From: Octopus vulgaris
Taxonomy: Eukaryota
Assembly (NCBI GenBank): GCA_951406725.2
Contig: OX597815.1
Location: 118,854,001-118,918,000, forward strand
Reading direction: 5' to 3'
DNA: 64,000 bases
The notes under the pieces are model-generated. The model worked only from the letters and a program-made list of their open reading frames with translations, was not told where the DNA came from and ran no database searches. The position numbers and the translations under genes were made by a program. Below are positions 1 through 12,646 of the stretch, one piece after another (the stretch's first letter is position 1; every line of letters begins with the position of its first letter).

Positions 1-250
1 GAGTTAATAGAAAGCTAGAAGGTTGCTGGAAATCTATTTATCTGGACTGTGAATAAATAAATTGACAAGGCCGTCAGTTAGTGCGCTTTAGGGGTGAACG
101 AAGGGACATCTACGTGTTGAAAGAGAGACAGAATCAAAAAGAGACAACTGGGGAAAAGTTTAGATGAGGAAGATGTGAGTTAATGAAAGAGAGATGGTGG
201 GAGAGTGTATGTGTGTCTTTGTACTTATATGAGGGTGAAAGAGAGAGTAT

Positions 251-287
<37 letters not shown>

Positions 288-908
288 GGAAACGGGTGTG
301 TGAGAAAAAGCAGCCGAAGACATGGGAATTCTGTTTTCAATAGAAGTTTTGTTTATTTACATTTTTTACTCTATATTATCGTGGAATTTCGAATTATCTT
401 GGAGATTCGCTTCTTGTAATTATAAACCACTGGTCGTAATTAAAAATCTTTGGTGAAGAAACCGCCTGGTGGTTTTATTATCAAAGTCAATTTCTACTCA
501 ACAGCTAATATTTCCTATAAATATATTTCAAAGAATAAAACTCTATCACGTACTAACCGACCTTGCCTTACCCAGTTCCACTTTCAACGCAATTTCAACT
601 TCAGCAGGTTTCGCAGTCAACTGGAATGCATATTAGAGATATTAGCCCAAGCATCAATTTGGATTGGTCAGAGAATATGAAGAAAAGCCGTGGTTAGCGC
701 GCGCGCGCGAGTAACTGCTTCCGTCAAAAGAGAAGGCTGTGGTTATAGAATTCGAGAATTTTCACTAAGAACTTATGAGGATATGTTAACTAAAACGTGC
801 AATCTTATAAGGGATCATTTTGTTCCATTAAATTAGACAATGCCTGGGCCAGCTTCGGCCGAAACTTATCGAAGTAATCTAAATAATCAACATTAATTTA
901 GCACGCTG

Positions 909-1552
909 GGATCTTTTCGCTTTGACCGGCAGATTTTTAAAATAATTTCCATGTAACTAAAAGATTTTAAACTTCGTATACTGGTAGAATGTATTTATAA
1001 AACATCTGTTTCTCTTGACTTTCTTGAGAAAATTCTGTAGTTTGAAAGATATTTGTAAGATATTTTCTTCAATTTCAGCAATTACAACCAATCAATGACG
1101 TCTATTGAGGGGAAAACGATTTCTGCCGTAGAGTGTAAACAGCATTTTCTGGTGGTGTCATATGAAAATGTCACCCATAAATATGATCGATCTATTGCAT
1201 TTCAATCTGTTTTAGGGTTAGGGTGGGTGGTGGGAGGAAGGGTATCTTTTTTTCTTCAGAAATGTAAATAAACCCAATCTGTTTCTTAAACGAGGGACAT
1301 TTTCATATGACACCGCCAGAAAATGTTTACGGCAGAGAATGTTTTCACCTCAATAGACGTCATTGATTGGTTGAAATTGCCGAAATTGAAGAAAATATCT
1401 TATAAATATCTAACAAACTACAGAATTTTCTCAAGAAAGCCAAGAGAAAAAGATGTTTTATAAACACAATTCTACCAGTATACGAAGTTTAAAAAGTGTT
1501 TAGTTACATGGAAATCATTTTAAAAATCTGCCGGTCAAAAGCGAAAAGAGCC
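909..1552. mobile_element. Fold-back non-autonomous DNA transposon (Merlin- or MULE-like) with short TTAGGG/G-rich core
   Basis: About 260-bp TIRs GGATCTTTTCGC...GCGAAAAGAGCC; exact 8-bp TSD GCACGCTG (901-908, 1553-1560); core TTTAGGGTTAGGGTGGGTGGTGGG near 1211. Confidence 0.85.
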
Positions 1553-1880
1553 GCACGCTGATTACGAAACCACAACTTCATTTTGGAGAAAATCCAATTA
1601 AAAATATATTACAACCCATTAAAGATTGAATTAAAATTTTTGGCGCTGTTTCTTTTTCAAGGACACATAAGAGTGAAAGTAATTCAATTTGTCAAAACTA
1701 GGTGTTTTGCAGTCCCGCCTCCCCCAAAAGTGGAAGTAGTTTTCTTGTTCAGAAAAGAGAAAATGTTTTCTAAGATTCTTGATATGAACTCTCGTTGAAA
1801 CATTTTGTTGCATCTCAGGAAGGTTACAAAATAACAGAAACTATGGAACAACGTAAGCAATAGACAAGACATTAGTATTC

Positions 1881-2620
1881 ATTTTTATCTTCACTTAAAC
1901 GTTGATGTTCTGTTAGACAAACTATACTGCAGTAGATACAATGAGAGAAACTCTCATATTGGTTCTTGGTGCAAAATGCATTCCTGTTTATATATTATTT
2001 ATATTTTTTAACAAGCTAATTGCGACACCAGTGGTTAGGGCAGCTGACTCGCGGTCGGAAGATCGCGGTTTCGATTCCCAGACCGGGCGTTGTGTGTGTC
2101 TATTGAGCGAAAACACCTAAAGCTCCACGAGGCTCCGGCAGGGGTTGGTGGCGACCCCTGTTGTACTCTTTCGCCCCAACATTCTCTCACTCTTTCTTCC
2201 CGTTTCTTGAGTAACGCTGCGATGAACTGGCGTCCCGTCCAGCTAGGGGGAACACATACGCCATAGAAACCGGGAAACCGGGCCCATGAGCCTGGCTAGG
2301 CTTGAAAAGGGCGCATAAATAAATAAAAATTGCGACACCAACGCCAGTTCTGGCACTGTTATTCTCTATATTGCTGGAGAGGAGATGAGTCACTGCTATC
2401 TCTAACGGCCGAGCGTCCATCATTGGCAAAACCAAAGACGGTCGAAATCACGTGATCTGGTAGTCTCAGCGCTGGAGGTGGCTGGGATTTATCTCCCCGC
2501 TAGCGATATAAACAATAGTGGATTTTGCACCAAGAGCCAATATGAGAGCTTCTCTCATAGTATCTGCCGCAGTATGGCTTGTTCTAACAGAATAACCACG
2601 TATAAGTGGGGGTAAATATC
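1881..2620. mobile_element. Degenerate inverted-repeat element (MITE-like) interrupted by a SINE
   Basis: About 1885-1993 is the diverged reverse complement of about 2505-2619. Confidence 0.6.
2031..2327 (+). mobile_element. tRNA-derived SINE (head type A, tail 1)
   Basis: Pol III box-like GTGGTTAGGG...GGTTTCGATTCC, (TAAA)n tail, 13-bp TSD AATTGCGACACCA (2018-2030, 2328-2340). Confidence 0.85.
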
Positions 2621-2679
2621 ACCCATCGGTGTTAATACTGCCACTGTCGCTCATATATATTAGTATTCCACGTATAGAA

Positions 2680-3288
2680 TTAGATGGAGATTTGTATGCC
2701 CAGAGGGCACTCACTAAACGAATTGAAGGCATGGCCGCTCTCGATTATTGGGATCGCCTTAAAGCCTTGAAACTTTACTCTCTCCAGCGTCGCCGTGAGC
2801 GGTACATCATTTGTTCGATATGGAGAATATACCGCCAACTTTGCCCAAACGACCTTAACATTAGCTTCAAGGTTCATCCAAGATTGGGACCACGGGCCAT
2901 ACGACCCCTGCCCAGTTCAAGATCATAACATACATGTACACTGCAACATAATTTCTTTTCCTCAACAGGCCCTGCCCTATTTAACATTGTCCCGAAGGAG
3001 ATCAAAGAGGAAAAGGATCCCATCAACTTTAAACGGAGTCTGGATAGATTCCTTCAAAGAATACCAGATAAGCCACCCATAATTGGATACAACTCACCCA
3101 ACAAGAACTCACTACTTGAACAAAACTTGATACATCTCACCCAACAAGAACTCACTACTTGAACAAAACTTGCCTTAAACAGACAGGATTCGCATAATCC
3201 TATCAGGTGGTGCTATTAAGTTAGACATGGCCTGGACCAATCTTTGGTCGAAACATATCTAAGTTTATCTAAGTTTATCTAAGTTTAT
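2680..3288 (+). mobile_element. CR1-group LINE 3' fragment
   Basis: QRALTKRIEGM..LDYWDRLKALKLYSLQRRRERYII ORF2 C-terminus; (ATCTAAGTTT)3 tail; internal 43-bp tandem duplication near 3093-3172. Confidence 0.75.
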
Positions 3289-3663
3289 GCCAGTTACGAA
3301 GATTTATGTTTTTTCATTTTTTTTTTTTTCGTGAAATGACTTTGTTTCTCATAAATGGACAAAGCCTGAAATTTGGGGAACGGAACTAATCGATTATATG
3401 GACCCCAGTACTTGACTTGTACTTTACTTTTTCGACCCCGAAAATAAGGCAGTAGGATGTTATTTAAGGGTGATTTTGGCTGCTATTTCTAGCAGATTAA
3501 GCGACCTTGTATCAGTGGTTCTCAACCATTTTTTTGCTTATGGACCCTTTTGATCCCTTTTTTAGCTTTTTTACTCTATTTGACTACCATAGCGATTCGA
3601 TGTTTTAAAAATCCTGTTGCATTTTTATAATTCAATATTATTAGGAATTGTATTAAAAGATTG

Positions 3664-3802
3664 AGATCTTTACCTTTTGACCTACAGATTTAAAAAACAA
3701 TTTTTTGTAACTAAACACTTTCAAACTCCGGACACTGGTTTAATGTGTCATATAAAACATCTTTTACTCTTAGCATTTTTTATAAAAACTTATATTTACG
3801 AA
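3664..3802 (+). mobile_element. Partial TIR of the telomere-core fold-back family
   Basis: AGATCTTTACCTTTTGACC...AACTAAACACTTTCAAACTCCGGACACTGG matches the arm starting at 17413. Confidence 0.75.
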
Positions 3803-4149
3803 CATAAAGAATATTCCCCTCCATCAGTTGTCCCTAGATCCTGATACAGCAAACCTATATTGCTATAAGACATCTCTGATTATTATAGAAGTGTTTTGTT
3901 AGGGGAGTGGACACATTATTTTAACCAATCAATACACGTTATTGATTGGTTAAAATGACCGTCTGCCAAGCAAATGAGAAGCAGTAATTGAAGTAGATGG
4001 TGAATATGCACCGGAATAATCATTTAAATATGTTTTTGTTACATGTTGTTATTGTTTTAGTTGAATAAAATTTGTTGAAAAAAGCCGCAATAATTATGCA
4101 TCAGCCCAATTGTGCGTGTGTGCGTGTGTGTATAAAACTTCGATAAAAT

Positions 4150-4442
4150 AGATATGTTTCGACCAAAGATTGGTCCAGGCCATGTCTAACTTTATAGCAC
4201 CACCTGATAGGATCTTCTAAATCCTTTTAAAGTCAAGTTTTATGGTATTATGGTCCATTCAAGCAGTGAGTTGTATCCAGGGATGGGTAGCTTGTCTGGT
4301 ATTCCTTGAAGAAATCCATCCAGACTCCGTTTAAAGGTGATGGGATCCTTTTCATCTTTGACCAGTTTAGGGACAATGTTGAACAGGGCAGGGCCTGTTG
4401 AGGAAAAGAAATTGTGTCGCAGTGTACCTATATGTTGTGATC
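4150..4442 (-). mobile_element. CR1-group LINE 3' fragment, same family as 2680-3288, inverted
   Basis: Reverse complement of about 2920-3260 (e.g. GTTTCGACCAAAGATTGGTCCAGGCCATGTCTAAC). Confidence 0.75.
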
Positions 4443-4620
4443 AGACGCGCTTCTTTCAGTTTCTATCTACCAAATCCACTCACAAAGCTTTAGTCGACCG
4501 GAAGCTATAGTAGAAAACACTTGCCCAAAGTGCTACGCAGTGAGGCTGAACTCGGAGCCATGTGGTTGGGAAGCAAGCTTCTTACCACACAGTCACGCCT
4601 GCGTCTATATTCTAGAACAG

Positions 4621-4849
4621 TGGCGAGCTGGCAGAAACGTTAGCACGCCGGGCGAAATGCGTAGCCGTATTTCGTCTGCCGTTACATTCTGAGTTCAAAT
4701 TCCGCCGAGGTCGACTTTGCCTTTCATCCTTTCGGGGTCGATAAATTAAGTACCAGTTACGCACTGGGGTCGATGTAATCGACTTAATCCGTTTGTCTGT
4801 CTTTGTTTATCCCCTCTGTGTTTAGCCTCTTGTGGGTAGTAAAGAAATA
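4621..4849 (+). mobile_element. tRNA-derived SINE family 2 (GGCGAGCTGGCAGAA...GAGTTCAAATTCCGCC)
   Basis: B-box-like GAGTTCAAATTCC; flanking duplication TATATTCTAGAACAGTGG (4606-4623, 4850-4867). Other copies: about 16199-16487(-), 23310-23515(-), 39715-40120(+), 41280-41495(+), 41570-41945(+), 46060-46460(-), 47036-47345(+). Confidence 0.85.
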
Positions 4850-4861
4850 TATATTCTAGAA

Positions 4862-5063
4862 CAGTGGTTTTCAACCAGGGTTCCGCCTGTCCAGTCCAGG
4901 GATTCCGCAAGAAATTACAAAAGTGCTAAAATCGGCAGTAATTTTTAATTCTCCTGTGCAGATATGTGTGCATAAGCCTATTAAATTATTGCATAGGGGT
5001 TCCTCGAGCCAGTGGAATGTTTCCTTTGGGGTTCCGTTCCAGCAAAAAGTTTGAAAAGCACTG
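4862..5063. mobile_element. hAT (Charlie-like) MITE
   Basis: TIR CAGTGGTTTTCAA / TTGAAAAGCACTG; 8-bp TSD TTCTAGAA (4854-4861, 5064-5071), the NTCTAGAN target typical of Charlie elements. Confidence 0.85.
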
Positions 5064-5314
5064 TTCTAGAAGTATAAGCAATTTATTGCAAATAAATTTT
5101 AACATCAAAATCATATATTTGCCCCCAAGGGTCATGAAGACCCCTGTTGAGAACCACTGGTGTAGAAGCTCCCGCAAAAGCCATTTTAGCTAGGAGAGAG
5201 ACAGTGCAAGCAGGCGTACTAAATCAAACCTGTTGACTGCTTTGCAATTTTGGTGGAGGGGTTTTATCACTCTGCTGTGCTTTTTATATATTTTTATTCT
5301 CTTATTCCTGTCTG

Positions 5315-5362
<48 letters not shown>

Positions 5363-5959
5363 CCACATTGTGTCTTTAGCTTTTTCTCCCTCTGTCACAC
5401 ACACTGTGTTTCTATCTTTCTCGCCTTCATTCTATTTCTACATAGTTAATGTATCTTCCTATTCCTTTCTCTCTTCCTGCTCATTAAATACAAACCACCA
5501 GTGAGTCGTCCTACATACCAACAGACATATATAAATGCATACACACATACACATATATTTCTGTATTTGTGTGTATAACATTAATTTTCATGCTTCTAGA
5601 AGGCATGTAACATACCAGATGAGGAGCCTCTCATTTCTAAATATAAAACGAACCCCTGTCACCACCATCCCTTCCATTAAACCCTAAAGGAGCAGTAGGA
5701 TAGTTTGCTACGGGTTTATATCATTAGTAAAAACTTTCGGGTACACTGCTGCCGAGACAGTAAATTTTTTGTCGCCTTCTCTTTATTCTGTTACTGTCAC
5801 TATAGAATTAATATGACCTGAAACCGAATACTTGTATCTCGAGTCGTCTACTAAAATAAAGATAACATCGACTGCGACACGTATGCGGAGAGGTCGTGAA
5901 TGGTAGCTACGAAATTACTTATATACATGGTATTATAATATTGTTGTATTTCTGGATAC

Positions 5960-6159
5960 TCTTTTATTCTTTTACTTGTTTCAGTTATTTGATTGTGGCC
6001 ATGCTGGAGTACCGCCTTTTAGTCGAGCATATCGACGCCAGGACTTATTCTTTGTAAGCCTAGTACTTATTCTATCGGTCTCTTTTGCTGAACCGCTAAG
6101 TTACGGGGACGTAAACACTCCAGTATTGGTTGTCAAGCGATGTTGGAGGGATAAAAACA

Positions 6160-6200
<41 letters not shown>

Positions 6201-6205
6201 ACACG

Positions 6206-6241
<36 letters not shown>

Positions 6242-6395
6242 CGACGGGCTTCTTTCAGTTTCCGTCTACCAAATCCACTCACAAGGCTTTGGTCGGCCCG
6301 AGGCTATAGTAGAAGACACTTGGTGCCACGCAGTGGAACTGAACCCGGAACCATGTGGTTGGTAAGCAAGCTACTTACCACAGCCACTCCTACGT
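5960..6395 (-). mobile_element. tRNA-derived SINE family 1 with internal (TA)n(TG)n microsatellite
   Basis: Head TGTGGTAAG...GGTTCAGTCCC, tail CCAGCATGGCCGCAGTC...GAAACAAGTAAAAG. Other copies: about 4445-4603(-), 13852-14330(+), 29140-29490(+), 30146-30616(+), 40812-41210(+), 45505-46030(+), 46690-47005(-), 51630-51935(-), 54140-54650(-), 61690-62137(+). Confidence 0.85.
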
Positions 6396-6406
6396 CAAAT
6401 AAGCAC

Positions 6407-6623
6407 ACGCACTATATATTCGTTCTTCACTCGTTTAGTACTATTCTTATTCTAACTCATGTCCATTGTCCGGAAATCTTTCCTCGCACATCTGTGACCT
6501 CTGCAGCGACACTTTCCATCTCCGTGTGTGTTCTTGCTTCTCTTCTTTCATTCTGTTCTATGTTGCGTAACCCTATATGCGCATGCTTTTGCGTCCATGT
6601 GTGTATGTGTGTGTGTGTGTTTA

Positions 6624-6678
<55 letters not shown>

Positions 6679-7671
6679 ATGTATACATGTGTCTGTATTT
6701 ACGTACATATACATATGCAGCATCCCAAACAGATGACCCGATGACCCGGAAGTTGTTGCTCTTCTATTACTTTCACAAACAGCTGTAACTTTCTTTAGCT
6801 GAATACACGTCATTGATTGGTTAAAATTACCTAAATACAACTTTAACACGAAGTAACTTCTAAAATAGAAAATTTTGTCAAATTGAGGCTTGGTCTGTCT
6901 ATTGCTGTGTGTAGCCTCAGTGATCTAAGTGTAATGTCAGTTCTACGCGTCGATAAAATCTTAACCTCTATGCTATTAATCGAGCCTCTATGTTTTATTT
7001 GAGCATGTTGGTAGAGCACAGACAATCCTTTGTCTTCTTTGGGCTCCCGCCAGTGTTCATCTATATACTCCCCTATGCTGCGTGCAGTCTCTGCAATGTA
7101 AGCAGTTGTCATATTTCTGCACCGCCCCTCAGTACACATTAAGCTATAAACTACATTCCTAACCTTATAGTTAAGCCGTGGGTTCAGCTTACATACAATG
7201 CACTTGTTCTCCGTACGTAGGGACTTACTAAAGGGTAACAGTGTCAACAACACGACTAACAACAACAGCAACAACGATGACAGCAGCGTGGGCGAACGCA
7301 CTCGCAAACACAGAGGGATACAGGAACTGTACCAATTTTCGCGTCCTAGAACAGCAGCAGCGAGCAACGGGGGAGGGGATGGGGCCGAGGAAAAGGTCAT
7401 AGTGCTACTAAGAACAATGACACACGCACATACCCCCCCCACACACACACACACACATGCACGCAAACACACAAACACGGACGCAAAAGCATGCATATAT
7501 AAGGATACACAACATAGAAGAACAGAATGAAATAAGTGGAGCAAGAACACACACGGAGACGGAAAATGTTGCTGAAGAAGTCACAGATGTGTGAGGAAAG
7601 AGTTCTGGACAATGGATATGAGTTAGAATAAGAACAGTAATAAACGAGTGAAGAACGAATATATAGTGCGT
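6407..7671 (-). mobile_element. Truncated Penelope-like element: GIY-YIG remnant between inverted terminal repeats
   Basis: 6882-7208(-) reads C..C...NVVYSLMCTEGRC...AYIAETARSIGEYIDEH...RPSLN; 6407-6610 is the inverted copy of 7465-7671; hammerhead-like CTGAAGA-stem-GAAA at 7572-7600. Confidence 0.8.
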
Positions 7672-7874
7672 TTATAATGACCGTCCCGAAATACAACAAT
7701 ATCTGCTTCAAGACACGATTTCACATCAGGAATCTTGCAGCACAAATCCATAAACGTATTATAATGATTTCTCTTGTTTGACACCAGGGCGAAGGATGAA
7801 GAGGACAATATAGAGAAAGGCGTAAATCATGGTGATTTACATATAATAAAATGATAAAAGGAAATTAAAAAGAA

Positions 7875-7935
<61 letters not shown>

Positions 7936-8914
7936 ATACACGTTATACAATAAGACAAAGAAGGGAAGCATACATAGTGTGCAACAGTAAAAAGAAAAGG
8001 GGTAGAAAAAATATTTTAGTGATGTAGTCCTCTTGATACAGAAGACCTCTAGAGATAATCAATGCAACCCCCACAGGCCAAGATATTCGTGATAGTATTC
8101 AAAGTGTCAAGATATTTCAAAATTTTTTTCTCATATAATGTCAAACAGTTTCTATTCTCTCTCCCGCCTCCGTTGTATTTCCATGTTTATTCAGGTTAAG
8201 CATTTCGGAGTTTTTCTTCCTTTTTTTATATTGCTTTATTTTCGATAAAATTTTTGTCTGTCTCTCAAAACAAGGAAGTAAAACACTCCTGAAGCGTAAG
8301 CGTAGCTGTGTGATAGGAAGTTGCTTAAAAAAATTCATAAATTTAAAAAAAGAATGTTGTCATAAAAATCTTTCCGCGCCCCCATCATTTGCGTGGTGAA
8401 AGAATAAAGAAAAAAAATTGAAAAAGCCCCGTCAAAACGGAGAAAATTCAACTTAGATGGGCAACGGGCGACCTATTCCAGACCTCCGCCTATGTGCAGT
8501 GAGAGGATACGCATGTATGTATATAGAATATTTCGCTACATTTTTACACTGCATGACCTGAAATCATGCATTTACATTTGCTCTGTATAGACAAATACCC
8601 CATACACAAAACACGCACGCACAAAGTTTCATTATGTTGGGTGTTTTTGTACTGATTGACTATTTAGAACAATTATTAATCAGCTCGTTACTCCGATTTA
8701 GGGGAAGAATGAATAATAGTTCACACTTCAAAGATACACTGGATCGTTATTAAAGGTTAGTATAAAGCAACTAAATAAGAAAGAAAACATTGAAATAGCT
8801 GAAAATGTGATTAGAATAGAATCAATAAGGTTTAGTAAAGGACTGGCAGTAGAAAGAAACAGAGTAGAGGCAGGACAAGTGGGGAAATAAGATGAGGCTT
8901 TTAGAAAAGACATC

Positions 8915-11500
8915 GCAACCGACGTGTTTGCTGTGAGACTGGCACTCAACCAATTCTTCAATGCGAAACACGAAGGTTGCGTTGTCAGAGCTAAGGCCCT
9001 TTTTCTTAGACACGAAGAGACAAAAGCCGTTCAGTGGAACCGAGTGACAGAGGCACAGCGTAGCAATAAAATGCGATCCGATCCTTGCCGGCGCTTCGCT
9101 CAACTGCTCAGGAGTAGCGGTGGGCCGCGTAGCAGGATGGACTTCACTCCCTACCTAGACGGGTTGCTGCGGCTCTTGGAAACGGAGGCAGAGCGCTGCG
9201 AAAGGTCGATAAAAGCTGTTGACATACGGGAAGCAATAGCTAGCTGCACGAGGGGGTTGGATGGTCTGCCCTACGAACTTTACGCTTACATGCTAGACTT
9301 GTTCGGTGACCTCTTGGTAGACATTTACTGCAACTGGCAACAAAATGGGAGAACTCCTAGTTTTGTGAGCCGAGGAACGGTGGCGTTGCTGAGAAAATAC
9401 CTGAACAAGGGGTACTGTATAGACAACTTTAGGCCCATAACTCTACTGAATGCAGGGTTCAAAATTTTGTCCAAAGTATTAACTACGAGGTTGGCGTTTG
9501 TCGTCGGTGATCTGGTTGGGGGAGTCGCAGACATGCGCCATCCTGAAAAGTCCATATCTTTTCAGGATGGCGCATGTCTGCGACTCCCCCAACCAGATCA
9601 CCGACGACAAACGCCAACCTCGTAGTTAATACCTTGGCCACGATAACCTCCACCTCAAGCGATACATCATAGAGAAAGTAACTATAGAACCTGGCACGAG
9701 TGGGGCCCTGGTCAATTTAGATCAGTCTAAAGCTTTCGATAGGGTTAGCTATTTATACTTGGCAGCGTCTTAAAGGAGCTGGTTTAGGGACTGTATTCAG
9801 AGGCTGGATCGCTGCAATGCTCTGCGACATTTGATCAGTAGTCAGCATGAAAGGTCAACTCTCAGAAACGTTCAACATTATGTGTTCAGTCCGCCAAGGC
9901 TGCCACCTCTCGTCCCACTTGTATGTACTGACTCTCGAGCCACTAATACACAATCTGGAGACGTTGTAAGCATCCCACATGACCTAAGATGTAGGAGATG
10001 CGTGTCGACATATGCTGACGACGTCACCGTAGTGGTGTCGAAAAATAAACACATCGAAATGATCGGTGCCGCTCTTAGGGACTACGATGTGGTTTCGGGA
10101 GCGACGATTAACTAGGAAAAATCACTGAACTTATGGCTCGGCACCTAGAGGAGCAGTTCCATGCCATCCAACTGTGTCGTTGGGCGCTTGATGGACGGAC
10201 CGGTTAAATTGCTCGAGATCTGGTTTGGTCCGGATCTCCAGATGGACGAAAACTGGGATGAGGTAACGAACCGAGTGACTACTCTCACCCATAAATGGGA
10301 CGAGAGGAAGCTATCTCCGAAAGGTCAGACAGAGGTGGCTAACGCGTACAATGCATCCGTCATCTACTACCGCTGGACTGTCATGCCTTGTTCCGGCCAC
10401 CGTCTAAGTTGGAGCGTATACTCTTCCGCTTCTTGTGGTCAGGCGATTTGTCTGCTGTCAACACCTGCTGCGTGGTGGCCTGGGCATGCCGTACTTGATG
10501 ATGCGCAGACATGCGCTAAAGCTACATCTCATTGACGGTGCTTCATTGACAGTGAGCAGATGTGGTCGCCGTTCGCCAGACACGTATTTCCCCAGCTGGT
10601 CTCTTTAAAGGAGCTGCAGTCCTGGGTCAAACTAAAGCTGAGAGAAGGTATTTAGGAAGTCGACTGTCTTCAAGTGCTTACATCCCTCAGCTAGTTGGAC
10701 CCTGCGATAAGCGGACAGTCCACTTTAGCTTTTTTAGAGGATTAGTGGACGAAAAGTGCGATGACGTTCTTGGAGCAACCTTGGGTGTCGAAGAAAACCT
10801 GCTTGCCGCTCTTTTCTGGATAACTGTCGGCGCGGGACTGATGGATAACTTCCAAAAATATCTTGTCTGGCAGTGCATGTTCGAGAAAACTATACAGGCA
10901 CAGAAGTGCCGTCAGCCGAGCATGTCCGTGATGCTTGTAGGCCGATGAGACGGTCCTGCATGCACTCGTCCAGTGGCTAAGCATTGCTGTGGGTTTATTC
11001 CGAACACCTGTTGTCGCGTGTGAGATGGATCCAGATGTCAACTGAATCCATCGTGAAGATCACCCCACCGCCTTCCTAAATGAAGGGCAAGCTGTCTTTA
11101 TATGTCTGGTGGCCATGGCGAAAGAGGTTGTATGGAGGACGAGACTAAAGGGGCTGAATACAAACACTTTTCTCTTTGGCCAATTTCTGATCAACTTCTT
11201 CAGGTTTCACTTGAAGAGGAAAATAAGGGTAGAGAGGGAAGCGTTGCCTTCTAGCCATTTTCTGAAGGATGGAGGAAGGGAAATGAGAAAGAGCACCTGC
11301 CTCAGAAATCAGGGCCTCCATGGTCGAACGTCTTCTCCCTATTGTGGATTATGCATTGTTAATTTGTTCTTTTTTCTCCATTATGTTAATCTTGTTTACA
11401 TGCAAAACCCTCACAACACACACACTCACACACACATTGTTTTTTCCTGTGATTTCCATAATGTTTTTCATAATGTAAACCCTTTGTGGTCAATAAAGAA
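8915..11500 (+). mobile_element. Tx1/L1-clade LINE, 5'-truncated, decayed reverse transcriptase
   Basis: GLDGLPYELY, NFRPITLLNAGFKILSKVL, LDQSKAFDRV, STYADDVTVVV motifs with stops and frameshifts; AATAAA near 11492 followed by (TCA)n(TTA)n. Confidence 0.88.
9476..9632. repeat. Perfect 75-bp-arm palindrome inside the LINE
   Basis: 9476-9550 is the exact reverse complement of 9558-9632; loop TCCATAT. Confidence 0.92.
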
Positions 11501-11506
11501 ATCGTT

Positions 11507-11599
<93 letters not shown>

Positions 11600-11656
11600 T
11601 TCTTTCTTTCTTTAAATTTTCTTCCGTTTCTCTCTGAATGTTTTCCGTATATCATT

Positions 11657-11688
<32 letters not shown>

Positions 11689-12433
11689 AAAGCATTTTCG
11701 TTTTTGATATGTTGTTTGTCATCTGAAACATTAGAATTATCGGTGGCTTCCTGATTATAGTTGTTTTTTTCACCTTTACACAGTTACAGAAAATAATTCA
11801 CTCCAATGAGAATTGGTAGTTAGATATCCAGGTGACAATGTTCGAGATAAACACGATGGCGTCATGCCTGTAGATAATAAATGTCTGTACACACGTGAGT
11901 GTACTTGTAATTATCCACTGCTTATTACAATTAACACATGTAATTAGACAAGAAAAGATACGACACTTGAGGCAATCAGCTGATGGATGTCTATTATATA
12001 GAGTTCTCGAAGAGACAGACAATATCATAGTAGTGTCACTTGAACTCCGATCTATTGGCGGAGTTAAGTAGATGAAACGGTATGACACGTCGGTCTTTTT
12101 TTTTTATTCATATATACAAGTATACCTCAACTTCTGTTGGGAATTGGTTCAGAGAGTTACGGCTTTGTTGTGATTTTAGTTTTGATCATGTGATTTTGAT
12201 TGTCTCGGTTGCTGTTATATGCCTGCAGTGCGACTGCGCATAGTTCTGTTCTGTTTGCGGCACGAAGAGTTCAGTGTTGGTTTTAGTTAGTCGAGACTGT
12301 AGCAACTCGCTGCATAAAACTGTTACTGCGTTGAAGTTTGGTTTTACTTACAATTTATCAATCTTTGTTTGTATTGTAGCTTGCTGTATTTTAGTCGATT
12401 AAATTGTTATAAACCCAAATTCGAATGTCAAAG

Positions 12434-12460
12434 TTTAAAAGGTTTTCTAAATTTGCTGTC

Positions 12461-12538
<78 letters not shown>

Positions 12539-12646
12539 AAACAGAGCACTGCATTTGTAAGTCCGAAAGCAATACGCTTGCTTTGATATAATTTTCCCTG
12601 GAGAGAGAGAGAGAGAATGGACAGCAAATTTATAAAACCTTTTAAA
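12434..12646. mobile_element. Small TIR element with (CT)n/(GA)n in its arms (possibly Kolobok-like)
   Basis: TTTAAAAGGTTTTCTAAATTTGCTGTCTATTCTCT is inverted at 12601-12646; ends TTAA|AAGG...CCTT|TTAA. Confidence 0.55.

Larger units (their letters stand above)
3513..5159. mobile_element. Outer hAT (Charlie-type) MITE split by nested insertions
   Basis: 14-bp TIR pair CAGTGGTTCTCAAC / GTTGAGAACCACTG; TSD not intact. Confidence 0.55.

Noticed and set aside
1-502. Possible LTR 3' portion ending in CAACA (similar impression at about 11725-12430)
   Set aside because: No matching terminus, TSD or second copy visible.
5613-5850. Possible hammerhead with very long stem II (CAGATGAGG...CCTGAAAC...GAGTC)
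   Set aside because: Core is mutated, stem I is only 2 bp and the 200-nt spacing makes a chance match likely.
8924-11615. Active reverse transcriptase gene
   Set aside because: Fragmented by stops, frameshifts and an inverted insertion; 5'-truncated.
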